A stretch of 64,000 bases of DNA from Alphaproteobacteria bacterium (lineage in GTDB: Bacteria > Pseudomonadota > Alphaproteobacteria > JAAXGF01), in assembly GCA_963555825.3 (NCBI GenBank), contig CAUVXB020000002.1, forward strand, positions 1,728,001 to 1,792,000, read 5' to 3'. Made by a program: the position numbers and the translations under genes. The notes below the pieces were generated by a model, which had not been told where the DNA came from, ran no database searches, and worked only from the letters and a program-made list of their open reading frames with translations. This document shows positions 42,306 to 53,537 of the stretch, piece after piece. Each line of letters starts with the position of its first letter. Positions within the stretch are counted from its first letter, which is position 1.

Positions 42306-42590
42306 TTGATGACTTCCTACCCTGGCAGCCGCGAAGCGTCGCGCAGGCTCCAGACTGGCGCGCGGCTGGTCCGCGAGTGGAACGGCGTCAGCCACGTGGT
42401 CGAGGTGACCGAGGGCGGGTTGGTATGGAATGGCGACCGACACCGGTCGTTATCGGCAATCGCGCGCGCCATCACGCAAGCGATCCTCGACGGTCGCCAG
42501 CCCATCGAGCTGACGGCCAAACGGCTGAAACGGATATGCGATCTCCCCGTGTCGTGGGCGGAGCAGCGCCGGGTCCTGGGCTTCGCCTGA
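42306..42590 (+). pseudogene. Relic fusion of a DUF2924 fragment and a serine-recombinase C-terminus
   Basis: GARLVREWNG..H.VEV...SLSAIARAIT joined to QAILDGRQP...LP.SW.EQ...LGF. Confidence 0.65.
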
Positions 42591-42795
42591 TCGATCGACC
42601 AGTGCACCTCACAGTTCGGACGAAAAGTTATGGCGCTCGAAACCGGCCGCGAGAGACGGTCGGTGGACTTGGCCCAAAATTCGTGAGTTCGCGCGTCTCC
42701 CGGCCACGGTCGCCGGCGGTGTCCCGGCCGAACGCCCCGGAACCGCGGCGTTTCCGCCGCGCGGTCTCATGGACCTCGGTTTGCCGGGAAGCGGG

Positions 42796-42871
42796 TGGTG
42801 GAGCCGAGGGGAATCGAACCCCTGACCTCGACATTGCGAACGTCGCGCTCTCCCAACTGAGCTACGGCCCC
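42796..42871 (-). tRNA. tRNA-Ala(CGC)
   Basis: GGGGCCGTAGCTCAGTTGGGAGAGCG...TTCGCAA...GGTTCGATTCCCCTCGGCTCCACCA, 76 nt, G3:U70 pair. Confidence 0.97.
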
Positions 42872-42932
42872 ACAGTACGCACAGGTTGCGCGCAGGTTTC
42901 GCGCTGGTTGCCCGCGGCTCGCGGGCGCGGCG

Positions 42933-42962
42933 ATAATGTGGGCGATGCCAGCACTCTGTCAA
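42933..42962 (-). promoter_or_regulatory. Putative sigma70 promoter of the tRNA
   Basis: TTGACA-N18-CATTAT on the minus strand. Confidence 0.5.
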
Positions 42963-43072
42963 GTCGCGCTTGGCGAATCGCGAGATCGGGGCTGCCGCGC
43001 GCCACGGAGTTGCGATATACTCCGCGCCGTCGCGCCGGGCGACCTTCCGAGACACTGTAAACGGCCCCCCCC

Positions 43073-43363
43073 ATGACCGCGTTAGTACTGCTCATCGACA
43101 CGGTGATCAATATCTACACCTGGGCCGTGATCGTTCATGTCGTGCTGAGCTGGCTGGTCGCCTTCCGCGTGGTCAACACGCAGAACCGCTTCGTCTATAT
43201 GGTCGGCGATTTCCTCTATCGCATCACCGAGCCCGTGCTCCGGCCGATCCGCAGGATCCTGCCCAACCTGGGCGGCATCGATATCGCGCCGATCGTGCTG
43301 CTGTTGTTGCTGTTCTTCCTGCGCAACCTGGTGATCTGCGACATGTTCAGCGCCTGCTACTAG
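43073..43363 (+). CDS. yggT: YggT-family membrane protein
   Basis: LSWL..F..VN, ITEPVLRPIRRILP and GGIDIAP. Confidence 0.92.
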   Translation: MTALVLLIDTVINIYTWAVIVHVVLSWLVAFRVVNTQNRFVYMVGDFLYRITEPVLRPIRRILPNLGGIDIAPIVLLLLLFFLRNLVICDMFSACY

Positions 43364-43374
43364 ACGGACCCGCC

Positions 43375-43707
43375 TTGACGACGCGAACGGCCCCATACGA
43401 CGCCGCGGCCGGCGGCCTGCGCGTTGCGCTCAAGGTGACGCCCAAGGCGGCGCGCGCCGCGATCGGCGGCCTCGGCGCTGACGCCGACGGCCGCGCCTAC
43501 CTCAAGGTCACGGTCACCGCCGCGCCCGAACGTGGCAAGGCGAACGCCGCGGTGATCAAACTGCTGGCGCGCGCTTGGCGCCTTGCGCCATCGGCGCTCT
43601 CGATCACCGGCGGGGCGACGGCGCGCCGCAAGACGCTGCACGTCGCGGGCGATACACCGGAACTGTTGAAACGACTGAACGAATGGATCGAAACACACCA
43701 TGTCTGA
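43375..43707 (+). CDS. DUF167 (YggU) protein
   Basis: [18 protein letters not shown] and [10 protein letters not shown] start is inferred. Confidence 0.85.
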   Translation: MTTRTAPYDAAAGGLRVALKVTPKAARAAIGGLGADADGRAYLKVTVTAAPERGKANAAVIKLLARAWRLAPSALSITGGATARRKTLHVAGDTPELLKRLNEWIETHHV

Positions 43708-44587
43708 TGCCGACATCATCGATGGAAAAGCCTTCGCGCAGGACTTGCGCGAACGCATCGGCCGCGAGGTCGCCCAACTCCAGGCGGCCGAGGGCATCAT
43801 CCCCGGTCTCGCCGTGGTATTGGTCGGTGACGACCCGGCGAGCCATGTCTACGTGCGCAACAAGAACAAGGCGACGCTCGAGGCCGGCATGAACAGCTGG
43901 GAGCACCGCATGCCGGCGACCGCGTCGCACGACGCGGTGATGGCCAAGGTGCACGAGCTCAACGCCGACGACGCGGTCGACGGCATCCTCGTGCAGCTTC
44001 CGCTGCCCGCCCGGGTCGACGCGCTCGCCGTCCTCGACGCCATCGACCCGGACAAGGATGTCGACGGCTTTCACGTCATCAATGTCGGCCGGCTGTCGAC
44101 CGGCCAGGACGCGCTGGTGCCGTGTACGCCGCTCGGCTGCTCGATGCTGCTCAAGGATCGCCTGGGCGACCTCAAGGGTATGGAGGCGGTCATCGTCGGA
44201 CGCTCCAACATCGTCGGCAAGCCGATGGCGCAACTGCTGCTCACCGAGCACTGCACGGTGACCGTCGCGCATTCGCGGACCATTGATCTCCCATCTGTAT
44301 GTCGCCGCGCGGACATCCTGATCGCCGCCGTCGGCCAGCCCAAGATGGTCGCCGGCGACTGGATCAAGCCGGGCGCCACGGTGATCGACGTCGGCATCAA
44401 CCGCATCGAGCGCGACGGCAAGAACAAGCTGGTCGGCGACGTCGACTTCGAGGCGGCGCGGTGCGTCGCCGGCGCGATCACCCCGGTGCCCGGCGGCGTC
44501 GGGCCGATGACCATCGCCTGCCTGCTGAACAACACGCTGACCGCGGCCTGCCGCCGGCACGGCGTCGCGCGACCCGAGGCAATATGA
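43700..44587 (+). CDS. folD: Methylenetetrahydrofolate dehydrogenase/cyclohydrolase
   Basis: [29 protein letters not shown] and [11 protein letters not shown]. Confidence 0.97.
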   Translation: MSDADIIDGKAFAQDLRERIGREVAQLQAAEGIIPGLAVVLVGDDPASHVYVRNKNKATLEAGMNSWEHRMPATASHDAVMAKVHELNADDAVDGILVQLPLPARVDALAVLDAIDPDKDVDGFHVINVGRLSTGQDALVPCTPLGCSMLLKDRLGDLKGMEAVIVGRSNIVGKPMAQLLLTEHCTVTVAHSRTIDLPSVCRRADILIAAVGQPKMVAGDWIKPGATVIDVGINRIERDGKNKLVGDVDFEAARCVAGAITPVPGGVGPMTIACLLNNTLTAACRRHGVARPEAI

Positions 44588-44600
44588 AAGTGAAATGCCG

Positions 44601-45290
44601 ATGATCGGCACGATCGGCGGCGTGGCGCTCGCGGCGGCGGTCTTCGTCGCGAGCCATATCGTGCTGTCGTCGACGCCGTTGCGCGGCGCGCTGGTCGGCG
44701 TGCTCGGCGCGGCGGGCTTTCGCGGTACTTATTCGGCGGTCGCGCTGGCAGCGCTGGTCTGGCTCGTCGCCGCCCACGGCGCCGCGCCCTATGTCGAGAT
44801 CTGGGGCCCGAGCACCGCGACGCGCCATCTGTCGCTCGTCGTCATGCCGTTCGCCGCGGTCCTGCTGGTCGCCGGCGTCACCGTGCGCAACCCGGCGGGC
44901 ATGATGGCGCCGGCGCCCGGCGGCGATCCCGCGCCCGGCATCCTCAAGGTGACGCGCCATCCGGTGATGTGGGCGATCGCGCTCTGGGCGCTCGCCCATA
45001 TGGCGGCCAACGGCGACGCCGCCTCGCTCTTGCTGTTCGGCGCTCTGGCGTTGCTCGCGCTCGCCGGCATGCCGCTCATCGACCGGCGCAAGGCCGCGGA
45101 ACTCGGCGCCGACTGGGGACCGATCCTGCTGACCACCTCGGTGCTGCCCTTCGCGGCGATGATCTCGGGCCGCGCCAGGTTCCGTTTCGCCGAGATCGGC
45201 GTCTGGCGTGTGCTCGCCGGCGTCGCGCTCTATCTCGCGCTGCTGCTGCTCCACGGCCCGGTAATCGGCCGCACCGCGCTGCCGGGGTAG
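44601..45290 (+). CDS. NnrU-family membrane protein
   Basis: TRHPVMWAIALWALAH..NGD and TSVLPF. Confidence 0.85.
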   Translation: MIGTIGGVALAAAVFVASHIVLSSTPLRGALVGVLGAAGFRGTYSAVALAALVWLVAAHGAAPYVEIWGPSTATRHLSLVVMPFAAVLLVAGVTVRNPAGMMAPAPGGDPAPGILKVTRHPVMWAIALWALAHMAANGDAASLLLFGALALLALAGMPLIDRRKAAELGADWGPILLTTSVLPFAAMISGRARFRFAEIGVWRVLAGVALYLALLLLHGPVIGRTALPG

Positions 45291-45297
45291 GTTTTCG

Positions 45298-45413
45298 AAC
45301 CACAGAGACACAGAGAAAAAATTTCAGTGGAAGAATTGATTGGCGCTTCGCGCCGGGGACGGCCTGATTCCGGGCGCTCCTCTGTGCCTCTGTGCCTCTG
45401 TGTCTCTGTGGTT
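45298..45413. repeat. Palindromic element built from CACAGAG(A/G) octamers
   Basis: AACCACAGAGACACAGAG...CTCTGTGTCTCTGTGGTT, between convergent genes. Confidence 0.7.
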
Positions 45414-45432
45414 CTTCTTTCTTTTCGCTGCC

Positions 45433-46641
<1,209 letters not shown>

Positions 46642-46724
46642 GGCACCCTCCCCCGTCGCGCCGAAGCCGCGCAGTATAGGCATCGCGCGGACGGCGGCAA
46701 GCGATGTCAGAAAAGCGACGGTCG

Positions 46725-46800
46725 AACCACAGGGCCGCGGTGTTTGTAGAGGCGGGTTTGAAACCCGCCCCTACGACGGACGTCTCTGTGTCTCTGTGGT
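46725..46800. repeat. GTAG-type REP hairpin inside an octamer palindrome
   Basis: GTAGAGGCGGGTTTGAAACCCGCCCCTAC (46746-46774) flanked by AACCACAG and CTCTGTGTCTCTGTGGT. Confidence 0.7.
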
Positions 46801-46813
46801 CAATCGATCGTCG

Positions 46814-47947
46814 CTACGCCCTCACGGGTGCAGGGCGGGATTTGCGGGCGCGGACGCTGGCCGATTTGAGCTGGCCGCAGGCGGCTTGTATGTCGCGGCC
46901 GCGCGGCGTGCGCACGGGCGCGGCGTAGCCGGCGGCGTTGACGATCCTGGCGAAGGCTTTCATGGCCGCGTCGGTCGAGCATTCGTACGGCGCGCCGGGC
47001 CAGGCGTTGAACGGGATCAGGTTGACCTTGGCCGGGATGCCGGCGAGCAGCTTGACCAGGGCGCGGGCGTCGGCGGTCGAATCGTTGACGCCCTTGAGCA
47101 TGACGTATTCGAAGGTGATGCGCCGGGTGTTGCCGCCGGTCGGATAACTTCGGCACGCATCCAAGAGCGCGGCGATCGGGTATTTGCGGTTGAGCGGCAC
47201 CAAATCGTCGCGCATCTCGTCGGTCACCGCGTGCAGCGAGACCGCGAGATTGACGCCGAGTTCGGCGCCGCAGCGCTCGATCAGCGGCACCACGCCCGAG
47301 GTCGAGAGCGTGATGCGCCGCTTCGAGATCGCGATGCCTTCCGCGTCGCCGACGATCTTGAGCGCCTGGGCGATGGCCTCGAAGTTGTACAACGGCTCGC
47401 CCATGCCCATGACGACGATGTTCGACAGCATGCGTCCTTCGGCTGGCGACGGCCATTCGCCGAGCGCGTCGCGCGCCAGCATGACCTGGCCGACGATCTC
47501 GCCGGCCGCCAGGTTGCGCACCAGGCCTTGCGTACCGGTGTAGCAAAAGCGGCAACTCAGCGTGCAGCCGACCTGCGAGGAGATGCACAGCGCGCCGCGT
47601 CCGTCCTCGGGGATGTGAACGCATTCGATCTCGTGGCCGTCGACCATCCTGAGCAGCCACTTGCGCGTCCCGTCGACCGACGTCTCGACGCGCGACACCT
47701 TGGGCCGGGCGATCACGAAACGCTCGGCGAAGGCCTCGCGCGAGCGCTTGGCGAGGTTGGTCATGGCCTCAAAGTCGGTGACGCCCCGGTAGTAGATCCA
47801 GTGCCACAGCTGCTTGGCGCGGTAGGGCTTCTCGTCGAGCGCCTCCATTTCGGCGGCGAGTTCCTCGCGGTCGAGGCCGACGAGATCGAGGCGCCCGTCG
47901 CCGAGCACCTGCTCGGGCGGCGCGAAGGCCTTGGGTGACGCGATCAT
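46814..47947 (-). CDS. rlmN: 23S rRNA/tRNA m2A radical-SAM methyltransferase
   Basis: [21 protein letters not shown] and DIQAACGQL. Confidence 0.96.
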   Translation of the reverse strand: MIASPKAFAPPEQVLGDGRLDLVGLDREELAAEMEALDEKPYRAKQLWHWIYYRGVTDFEAMTNLAKRSREAFAERFVIARPKVSRVETSVDGTRKWLLRMVDGHEIECVHIPEDGRGALCISSQVGCTLSCRFCYTGTQGLVRNLAAGEIVGQVMLARDALGEWPSPAEGRMLSNIVVMGMGEPLYNFEAIAQALKIVGDAEGIAISKRRITLSTSGVVPLIERCGAELGVNLAVSLHAVTDEMRDDLVPLNRKYPIAALLDACRSYPTGGNTRRITFEYVMLKGVNDSTADARALVKLLAGIPAKVNLIPFNAWPGAPYECSTDAAMKAFARIVNAAGYAAPVRTPRGRDIQAACGQLKSASVRARKSRPAPVRA

Positions 47948-48008
47948 GGCCCGCTAGATATACGCCGCGCGGGTGCTTTGGCAAGCGTGCGCCGACGACT
48001 CATTACTT

Positions 48009-48194
48009 CCAGCCCGCGCCAATCTTGATTCCAACAAGAGGGCGGGCCGCCGACCGTTCGGACAATCCTTGTGGGATAAAGAATGGCCTTGTGGGATCAA
48101 GAATGGCCTTGTGGGATCAAGATTGGCCTTGTGGGATAAAGATTGGCCTTGTGGGATAAAGATTGGCATGCGCGGCGACTGAGCGCAGGTCACC
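48009..48194 (-). repeat. Modular intergenic repeat with five tandem 20-bp units
   Basis: (CCTTGTGGGATMAAGAWTGG)x5 at 48067-48166. Flanks are shared with the copies at 49345, 57756 and 62763. Confidence 0.9.
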
Positions 48195-48242
48195 TTAGCG
48201 TGAGTCAAAGATGACCGCACAAAAAGTGACCGCACCAAATAT

Positions 48243-48761
48243 CTACAGCCCGCAGGCCTTGCCGATGGTGTTGTGGGCGGCGGTGAAGCCGGCGAGCGAA
48301 TAGGTGTCGGTGGTCGCCGTGCCGCGCGACGAGGTGCCCTTGATGACCATCGTCGAGCCGGCGCGCATCGCCTTGACCAGCGCCACATCGTCGGCCGCGC
48401 TCGATGCCCAGGCGGTGTTGCCGTGGACGAACAGCGTGAACGCGGCGCCGCCGATGGCGATCGTGACCTGACTGTCTTCCTTGTAGGTGTAGCCGGTGTG
48501 CACACTGACCACGTTGAGCGCCTTGGTCGCCGGACGGTGGCTGACCATGGCGTAGATCTTGCCGCGCTGGGTGTATTTGCCCTCGTCCTTGGTCGGCGTA
48601 CTCGCCATGTAGCAGAGGTTCTTGCCGCCCTGCTGAGTGCGGTAGGCGGTCCATTTCTTGAATTGGCCGAGGCTGTCGACCTGCTGGGCGTGGGCAGGCG
48701 CGGCGATTGACACCAGCACGAGGGGCGCGAGGGCGAGGAGCAGGGTTCGGATCATCATCAT
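48243..48761 (-). CDS. Invasion-associated locus B (IalB)-family periplasmic protein
   Basis: Signal peptide, F..W, CY, AMRAG...G.SSRG..T.D.YSL.GF, upstream of rlmN. Confidence 0.85.
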   Translation of the reverse strand: MMMIRTLLLALAPLVLVSIAAPAHAQQVDSLGQFKKWTAYRTQQGGKNLCYMASTPTKDEGKYTQRGKIYAMVSHRPATKALNVVSVHTGYTYKEDSQVTIAIGGAAFTLFVHGNTAWASSAADDVALVKAMRAGSTMVIKGTSSRGTATTDTYSLAGFTAAHNTIGKACGL

Positions 48762-48833
48762 GTCAAGAAAATTAACCGGCTCGACCGCCCATGCCAAGCC
48801 CTCCTGTGGTGCCGGTCGTCGCCAACGGCGCGA

Positions 48834-49304
48834 TTATCCGCGCCCGCGGTAGGGCGCGACGCCGGTATCGGGCAGCCACAGCCCCTCGGGCGGCTCGGCC
48901 GTCTGGTAGAAGACATCGATCGGCATGCCGCCGCGCGGGTACCAATAGCCGCCGATGCGCAGCCAGACCGGCGCGATCTCGTCGACCAGACGGCGCGCGA
49001 TGGCCACCGTGGTTGCCTCGTGGAGGGCGCCGTGGTTGCGGAACGAGCCGAGGTAGAGCTTGAGCGACTTGCTCTCGACGATCGCCGCATCGGGCACGTA
49101 GTCGATCACCAGATGGGCGAAATCGGGCTGGCCGGTGACCGGGCAGAGGCAGGTGAACTCGGGCGCCGTGAAGCGCACCACATAGGTCTCGTCGGGCCGC
49201 GGGTTGGCGACCTTCTCGATGACCGCCTCGTCGGGCGAGGCCGGCAGCGCACTCGTGCCGCCGAGCTGGCCGAGGCCCCGGTATGGCGCGTCGTCGTCGG
49301 ACAT
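48834..49304 (-). CDS. queF: PreQ0 reductase
   Basis: [24 protein letters not shown] and PRGG. Confidence 0.96.
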   Translation of the reverse strand: MSDDDAPYRGLGQLGGTSALPASPDEAVIEKVANPRPDETYVVRFTAPEFTCLCPVTGQPDFAHLVIDYVPDAAIVESKSLKLYLGSFRNHGALHEATTVAIARRLVDEIAPVWLRIGGYWYPRGGMPIDVFYQTAEPPEGLWLPDTGVAPYRGRG

Positions 49305-49344
49305 GGCGCTGTTGTCGCCGCCGCGCGTGCGTCCGTCAAGGGTA

Positions 49345-49477
49345 TTTGGTTTCCGGCCACCTTCGGTGACCTGCGCTCAATCGTCGCGCAGGCCAACCTT
49401 ATGGGATAAAGGCCGGCCGAACGGTCGGCGGCCCCCCCCCCCCCCCTCTTGTTGGAAATAGGATTGGCGCGGGCTGG
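49345..49477 (+). repeat. Modular intergenic repeat copy (one degenerate 20-bp unit, poly-C tract)
   Basis: GGTGACCTGCGCTCAATCG...CCGAACGGTCGGCGGCC...CTCTTGTTGGAA...GATTGGCGCGGGCTGG. Confidence 0.8.
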
Positions 49478-49514
49478 TAGAATGTGACCGGTTCTATTCG
49501 ATCGGAGTATGCCT

Positions 49515-50945
49515 TCAGACCTCGAGCGGTGGGCGGCGTTGGGCCCAGGGGGCGGCTTTCTCGAGCTGGCCGGCGAGGCGCAACAGTGTCGCCTCGTCGC
49601 CGAAGCGGCCGACGAACTGGGCGCCGATCGGCAGGCCCGTCTGCGACCAGTAGAGCGGCACCGACATGGCCGGCGCGCCGGTCGCGTTCGACAGCGGCGG
49701 GAAGGACGCGAAGGCGCTGCTCTCGGCGATATAGGCGTCGACGTCGTCGCTCATCGTGTCGAGCACGCCGAGCGGCAGCGGCGGCTTGGCCATGCACGGC
49801 GTCAACAGCACGTCGTAATCGAGCATGAAGCGCGCGACCTGGCGGCCGACCCGGTGGATCGTTGCGACCGCGGCGGTGTAGTCGGCGCCGCTGACGCTGG
49901 CGCCCCTCTCGGCCATCGCGCGGGTCATGTTCTCGACCTCGCCGGCCCAGTCGCGGCCGCGCTCGCGCCCGCCCTCGATCACGCCGTTCAGCGTGTTGGC
50001 GGTGACGATCTTGAGGAAGGCGTCGGCCAGGCTCTCCTTGTCGTATGTCGGCGCGGCTTCGGCGACCCGGTGGCCCAGCTCGGCGCACAGCGTGGCGGCG
50101 CGCTCCATCGCGGCGATGCATTCGGCGTCGACCGGCGCGCCGGTCGGCGTCTCGGCCGAGACCGCGATGCGCAGTTCGCCGGGATCGGCGCCGACCTCGT
50201 CGGCGAAGGACCGCGCGGGCGGCGGCGCCCAATAGGGATCGCCGACGTCCGGGCCGGCGCCGGCGTCCAACAGCGCCGCCGAATCGCGCACGCTGAGCGT
50301 GATCGCGTGGCCGACCGCCATGCCGGCCCAGCCCTCGCCCGCGTCGGGACCGCGGGGCGTCCGCCCGCGCGTCGGCTTGAGGCCGAACAGGCCGCAGCAC
50401 GACGCCGGAACGCGGATCGAGCCGCCGCCGTCGCTGGCGTGCGCCGCCGGCACGATACGCGCGGCGACCGCCGCCGCCGCGCCGCCCGACGAGCCGCCCG
50501 GCGTGCGGCTCGTGTCCCACGGGTTACGCGTCGCGCCGTGCAGATGCGGCTCCGTGGTATAGGCGATGCCCATCTCGGGTGAGTTGGTGCGGCCGAAGAT
50601 GACCAGGCCGGCGCGCCGGTAGCGCGCCACCAGCTCGCTGTCGTGGTCGCAGACGAAATCAGCGAAGAGCCTGGAGCCGTTGGTCATGGCCGAGCCGGCG
50701 TAGGGCGCGAAGAGGTCCTTCAAGAGGAACGGCACGCCCCTGAGCGGCCCGTCGGGCAGCCCCGCCTCGATCGCCGCCTGGGCCGCGTCGTACATCTTCA
50801 CCGAGACCGCGTTGATCACCGGATCGACCGCCTCGAGCCGGGCGATCGCGGTCTCGAGCAGCTCGCCCGCCGTCGTCTCGCCCTCGTCCACCAGATGCGC
50901 CAGCCCGACGGCGTCGTAACGGTCGTAGTCGTCGAAGATGGTCAT
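49515..50945 (-). CDS. Amidase (amidase signature family)
   Basis: [26 protein letters not shown] and GLKPTRG. Confidence 0.93.
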   Translation of the reverse strand: MTIFDDYDRYDAVGLAHLVDEGETTAGELLETAIARLEAVDPVINAVSVKMYDAAQAAIEAGLPDGPLRGVPFLLKDLFAPYAGSAMTNGSRLFADFVCDHDSELVARYRRAGLVIFGRTNSPEMGIAYTTEPHLHGATRNPWDTSRTPGGSSGGAAAAVAARIVPAAHASDGGGSIRVPASCCGLFGLKPTRGRTPRGPDAGEGWAGMAVGHAITLSVRDSAALLDAGAGPDVGDPYWAPPPARSFADEVGADPGELRIAVSAETPTGAPVDAECIAAMERAATLCAELGHRVAEAAPTYDKESLADAFLKIVTANTLNGVIEGGRERGRDWAGEVENMTRAMAERGASVSGADYTAAVATIHRVGRQVARFMLDYDVLLTPCMAKPPLPLGVLDTMSDDVDAYIAESSAFASFPPLSNATGAPAMSVPLYWSQTGLPIGAQFVGRFGDEATLLRLAGQLEKAAPWAQRRPPLEV

Positions 50946-50954
50946 GTGGCGCCC

Positions 50955-51131
50955 CTATCCCCGACCCAGCAATTCATCGACGTTAAGGCCGATATCGCGG
51001 GCAATCTTTCGTAGCAGCGTCGGGGAGATGTCACGCCCGGCATGAAAGGGCACCGTCGTGCCACGTCCATCGGCATGCCGGAATTGTTTGTGGGAGCCAC
51101 GCTGGCGGATTTCGACGAAGCCGTGCCGCAC
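50955..51131 (-). pseudogene. hicA: HicA-family toxin, N-terminally truncated (58 aa, absent from the ORF track)
   Basis: (V)RHGFVEIRQRGSHKQFRHADGRGTTVPFHAGRDISPTLLRKI, with the GSH motif. Confidence 0.8.
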
Positions 51132-51154
51132 CTATCCATAGTGAGAAGTCCGGG

Positions 51155-51364
51155 CTAGGCGACCTGGATCCTGCGCACGCCGACGAATTCCGACTCGAGC
51201 GCCGGCTCACCGTCCTCCAGAAGCATCTCGATGACCTCCTGGAGGTTGCGCTCGACCTCGTTCAGATCGGCGCCCTGGGTGTGCGCGCCGGGCCAGCCGG
51301 GCACATAGCCGACGTAGACCCCGGTGTCCGCATCCCGCTCTACGACAAAGTCGAACGTTCGCAT
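51155..51364 (-). CDS. hicB: Short HicB-family antitoxin (69 aa)
   Basis: MRTFDFVVERD..TG.YVGYVPGWPGAHTQG..L.E...NL.EVIEMLL. RBS GGAGG. Confidence 0.85.
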   Translation of the reverse strand: MRTFDFVVERDADTGVYVGYVPGWPGAHTQGADLNEVERNLQEVIEMLLEDGEPALESEFVGVRRIQVA

Positions 51365-51465
51365 GCGCCTCGTGCCTCCGGTTCCGTCTCGAAGAGAGAC
51401 TATCGCCCCGAGGACCGCCGGTCCAGTCGGCCTAGCGATGATCGGATGACCCGCGTCGATCATCC

Positions 51466-51595
51466 GATCGACCGCCTCGAGCCGGGCGATCGCGGTCTCG
51501 AGCAGCTCGCCCGCCGTCGTCTCGCCCTCGCGCACCAAATGCGCCAGCCCAACGGCGTCGTAGCGGTCGTAATCGTCGAATGTGGTCATGTGGCG
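51466..51595 (-). repeat. Diverged duplicate of the amidase 5' end
   Basis: 130 bp matching 50822-50951 with about 8 mismatches. Confidence 0.9.
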
Positions 51596-51809
51596 GGCTC
51601 CCTGCCGATTGCCTCTGATGGAGAATCTCGGTCGGCCGATACCCTATCTCAGTCGCAAGGAGGCGCAAGGTTGGAGGTTGGAGGGGTGCCATGTGCTATG
51701 CGCAGGGGCCGCGCCAGCACGCGTCGACGTACGTTCTAGCTTAAAACGGAATCTCAACGTCCAGTTCAGGCGTCGATACTGCCGCCGATTCGCGGCGCTT
51801 CAACCGGCT

Positions 51810-52553
51810 TTACAAACCCCGAAGGAACCGAATCGACGCCGACACATGGTTGAAGATCAGGAGTGCCTCATCGTAGTTAAGAAGCACGTTGTCGTGAGCG
51901 AGGCTTTGATTGTTCCGCACATGATTAAAGGCCTCCAAAGTCGAAATGCTCGACTTGAGGATACGATCAGTCATCCCGGACTCGATGTGATCGCCCCGCC
52001 GGAGATGCTTGACATACTCTCCGAACAGACTGTGCAGTGGCTTGTCACGGTTGACGGTGATGCCCCGCGGCTCACATAGCGACCGAACGAACATCGTGAC
52101 GAAGGTGTGCAGGCGGTCAAGGCCGGCTTCCGGTTCGTTCTTTTCTATCGCCTCACGGACCGCCTTAGCGACGATCTCGAAATTCGGCTCGTCGGCGGTC
52201 ACTGTCAAAGCGTCTAGTTCAGATACAGTACTGGTCTCGGAGAGGCGTGACACAATTTTCTGGCAGTCATCGACCAATGACGAATCACGCAGCAAACCCT
52301 CGCTTTGCCCGCAGTCGATAAGCTCTCCGATCAGCTTGGCGACCAAAGGATTGGCCTCTTCGTTCCAAAATGCTCGCAACCTGTTAGCCTTCGATCCGCT
52401 CCCATAGTCGTATTTCTCATCGTAGATACCGCGCCCTGTGGTATCGAGGACAAATTCTTCGAAAGTCCGATTAGAAAATTCGAGCACATACCCTGAGCCC
52501 ATCCCGAAAAGGCGCTCAAGCTTTCGCTTCTCCATCGCTTTTAGATCAGACAT
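51810..52553 (-). CDS. AbiJ-like abortive-infection protein (C-terminal HEPN/Abi_C)
   Basis: LF.M.SGYVL.FSNRTF..F N-terminus and RNNQSLAH near the C-terminus. Lower GC. Confidence 0.75.
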   Translation of the reverse strand: MSDLKAMEKRKLERLFGMGSGYVLEFSNRTFEEFVLDTTGRGIYDEKYDYGSGSKANRLRAFWNEEANPLVAKLIGELIDCGQSEGLLRDSSLVDDCQKIVSRLSETSTVSELDALTVTADEPNFEIVAKAVREAIEKNEPEAGLDRLHTFVTMFVRSLCEPRGITVNRDKPLHSLFGEYVKHLRRGDHIESGMTDRILKSSISTLEAFNHVRNNQSLAHDNVLLNYDEALLIFNHVSASIRFLRGL

Positions 52554-52747
52554 TGGACACTACAATTCTTCCGACCATGCACACTGGCCAACGAGGTGCG
52601 AAATTTGAGACCACCGATGCCCGCCTCGAATATGATCATAAGCTCCTTCGCAGACAATGAACGTCTCTAACACGCTATAGTCGTATCGCTGAATTCGCTT
52701 CTCCCATTTCGCCAGCGATTGGCAGCGTTAAGCAACGGAGTGCAGAC

Positions 52748-53431
52748 ATGTCAAACGGACAGCTAGCTGCGACGTTGATCCAGCAGATCGACATTATAGT
52801 GCAAGAATTTGAGGCGAATCTTGCCCGCTCTCAATATGACGACTGTTCCGACGTGATGTCCGAGACCAAGGCGGTGGAGTTAGCTACCCGCGGCTATGCG
52901 GCGATTGAGCGAATTTCGGGTGCCGACTCGACATATTGGCGACGCGCTGAGGAGATCCGAGGTGATGAAGCGTACGAACACATGAAGTTGGTCCGTCTGG
53001 TGGGGGTGCTGGGATCGTTAAGCGCCGATATAAAGGCTGGGTACCTGCGCACGTTCGAGGAGTTAATCCACGGCGAGTTATTCGGCGACTTTTTTTAAAT
53101 GGCTCGGCACCTCCAGGAGGGCGGCTATAAGGACGCTGCGGCGGTAATCACAGGCAGCGCATTAGAGGCACATTTGCGGCAGCTCGCTAAACGAGCTGGA
53201 GTAAGCATTGAAAAATCGACTTCGAAAGGTGTCCGACCGAAGAAAGCTGACCAAATCAACGCTGAGCTTGCCAAGGCAGCGACATATCCGGTCATGGACC
53301 AGAAGAATGTTACGGCATGGCTGGATCTCCGCAATAAGGCTGCGCATGGCCACTATGGCGATTACCAGTCGGAACAAGTCGCACTCATGATTGACGCCGT
53401 TCGCAACTTCATGACGAGACATCCAGCCTAA
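52748..53431 (+). pseudogene. HEPN (DUF4145-like) protein with an in-frame TAA at 53096-53098
   Basis: Two abutting ORFs in the same frame. KDAAAVI.GS.LE.HLR and RNKAAH (RxxxxH). Confidence 0.7.
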
Positions 53432-53537
53432 TGTTGCTCGTTGCCTAACGGGCCGCTTCAGTCGGCGAATGGTGCAGGCGCGCTAAGATAGTTAGAGACG
53501 ATCGTGACCGCGCCTGGCGGCTGAACTCAGCCACTCC

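Noticed and set aside
48067-48166. 20-bp arrays here and at 57795-57984 as CRISPR
   Set aside because: The units are head-to-tail with no unique spacers, and there are no cas genes in the window.
49432-49446. Poly-C tract as a phase-variation switch for queF
   Set aside because: It is part of the dispersed repeat copy, and homopolymer length is error-prone.
51155-51589. 144-aa ORF as an evolved amidase-HicB fusion family
   Set aside because: Explained by the local duplication, and hicB has its own RBS and ATG at 51364. Kept only as a possibility in the findings.
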